Positions 63,613-64,000 of a stretch of 64,000 nucleotides of DNA are shown piece by piece. The notes beneath the pieces were generated by a model, which was given only the letters and a program-made list of their open reading frames with translations, ran no database searches and was not told where the DNA came from. Within the stretch, counting starts at the first letter, position 1. Each line of letters starts with the position of its first letter. The DNA is taken from positions 10,850,001 to 10,914,000 of the forward strand of contig OX597817.1 in NCBI GenBank assembly GCA_951406725.2, given 5' to 3'. The translations under genes were made by a program, and so were the position numbers. The stretch comes from Octopus vulgaris. Taxonomy: Eukaryota.

Positions 63613-64000
63613 TATTTTACCATTCAGTTTTTTATGGCTGGATTAAAAATTGCTTCTTCCATTTCTACCCTGTTTGAGGGATAGCCTGTAAGTTGGCTTG
63701 TGTAGTTCAAATCTCTTTCACATGTTCCAGATTTTGTCACGGTTTGATTGGCTGGAGGCTTTCCCTATCACAGCATGGTCTAGCTGTATTAGTCATAACA
63801 AAACTGGTGACAAAAGTTAATTTGCAAATTTTAATCCATGAAAATATATTAAGTTAAGAATGATGTCATCATGACCAAAGTAACCTCATCTGTCCTTTAT
63901 TTCTTATTTTTTATCTCCTGGATGTATTTTACACAGCTAATAGGCTAAAACTGTTCTTTAGAGAAGGAAATAATCCCTTCATCTCTTCATAGGGATATAC

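Overview
AT-rich, repeat-dense eukaryotic DNA, very likely from an octopus (inferred from the SINE families). It contains no prokaryotic-type genes. The window lies wholly inside one + strand gene encoding a kindlin (fermitin/UNC-112 family). Four coding exons (2553-2786, 55804-56003, 57626-57852, 61278-61380) splice in frame through GT-AG junctions and encode the end of F0, F1 with its loop, and the F1/F2 boundary. The first two exons are separated by a ~53 kb intron. The first coding exon and all exons after LSPK lie outside the window. The introns are filled with three or four SINE-type families, two TTAA/piggyBac-type MITE families, non-autonomous Helitrons, a Helentron-like element, a hAT MITE and microsatellites. 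Almost all ORFs in the supplied track are chance or repeat-derived frames. The best leads are: a type I hammerhead-ribozyme-like motif on the sense strand of the big intron (51776-51822); SINEs flanked by ~150 bp and ~70 bp direct repeats (possible very long target-site duplications); a MITE whose right half is tandemly amplified TTAA-to-TTAA; a ~60 nt hairpin captured inside a SINE; a candidate poison or alternative terminal exon; and inverted repeat pairs around in-frame exons. No clear new multi-gene system is visible. Repeat boundaries were read by eye and are approximate to a few bases.
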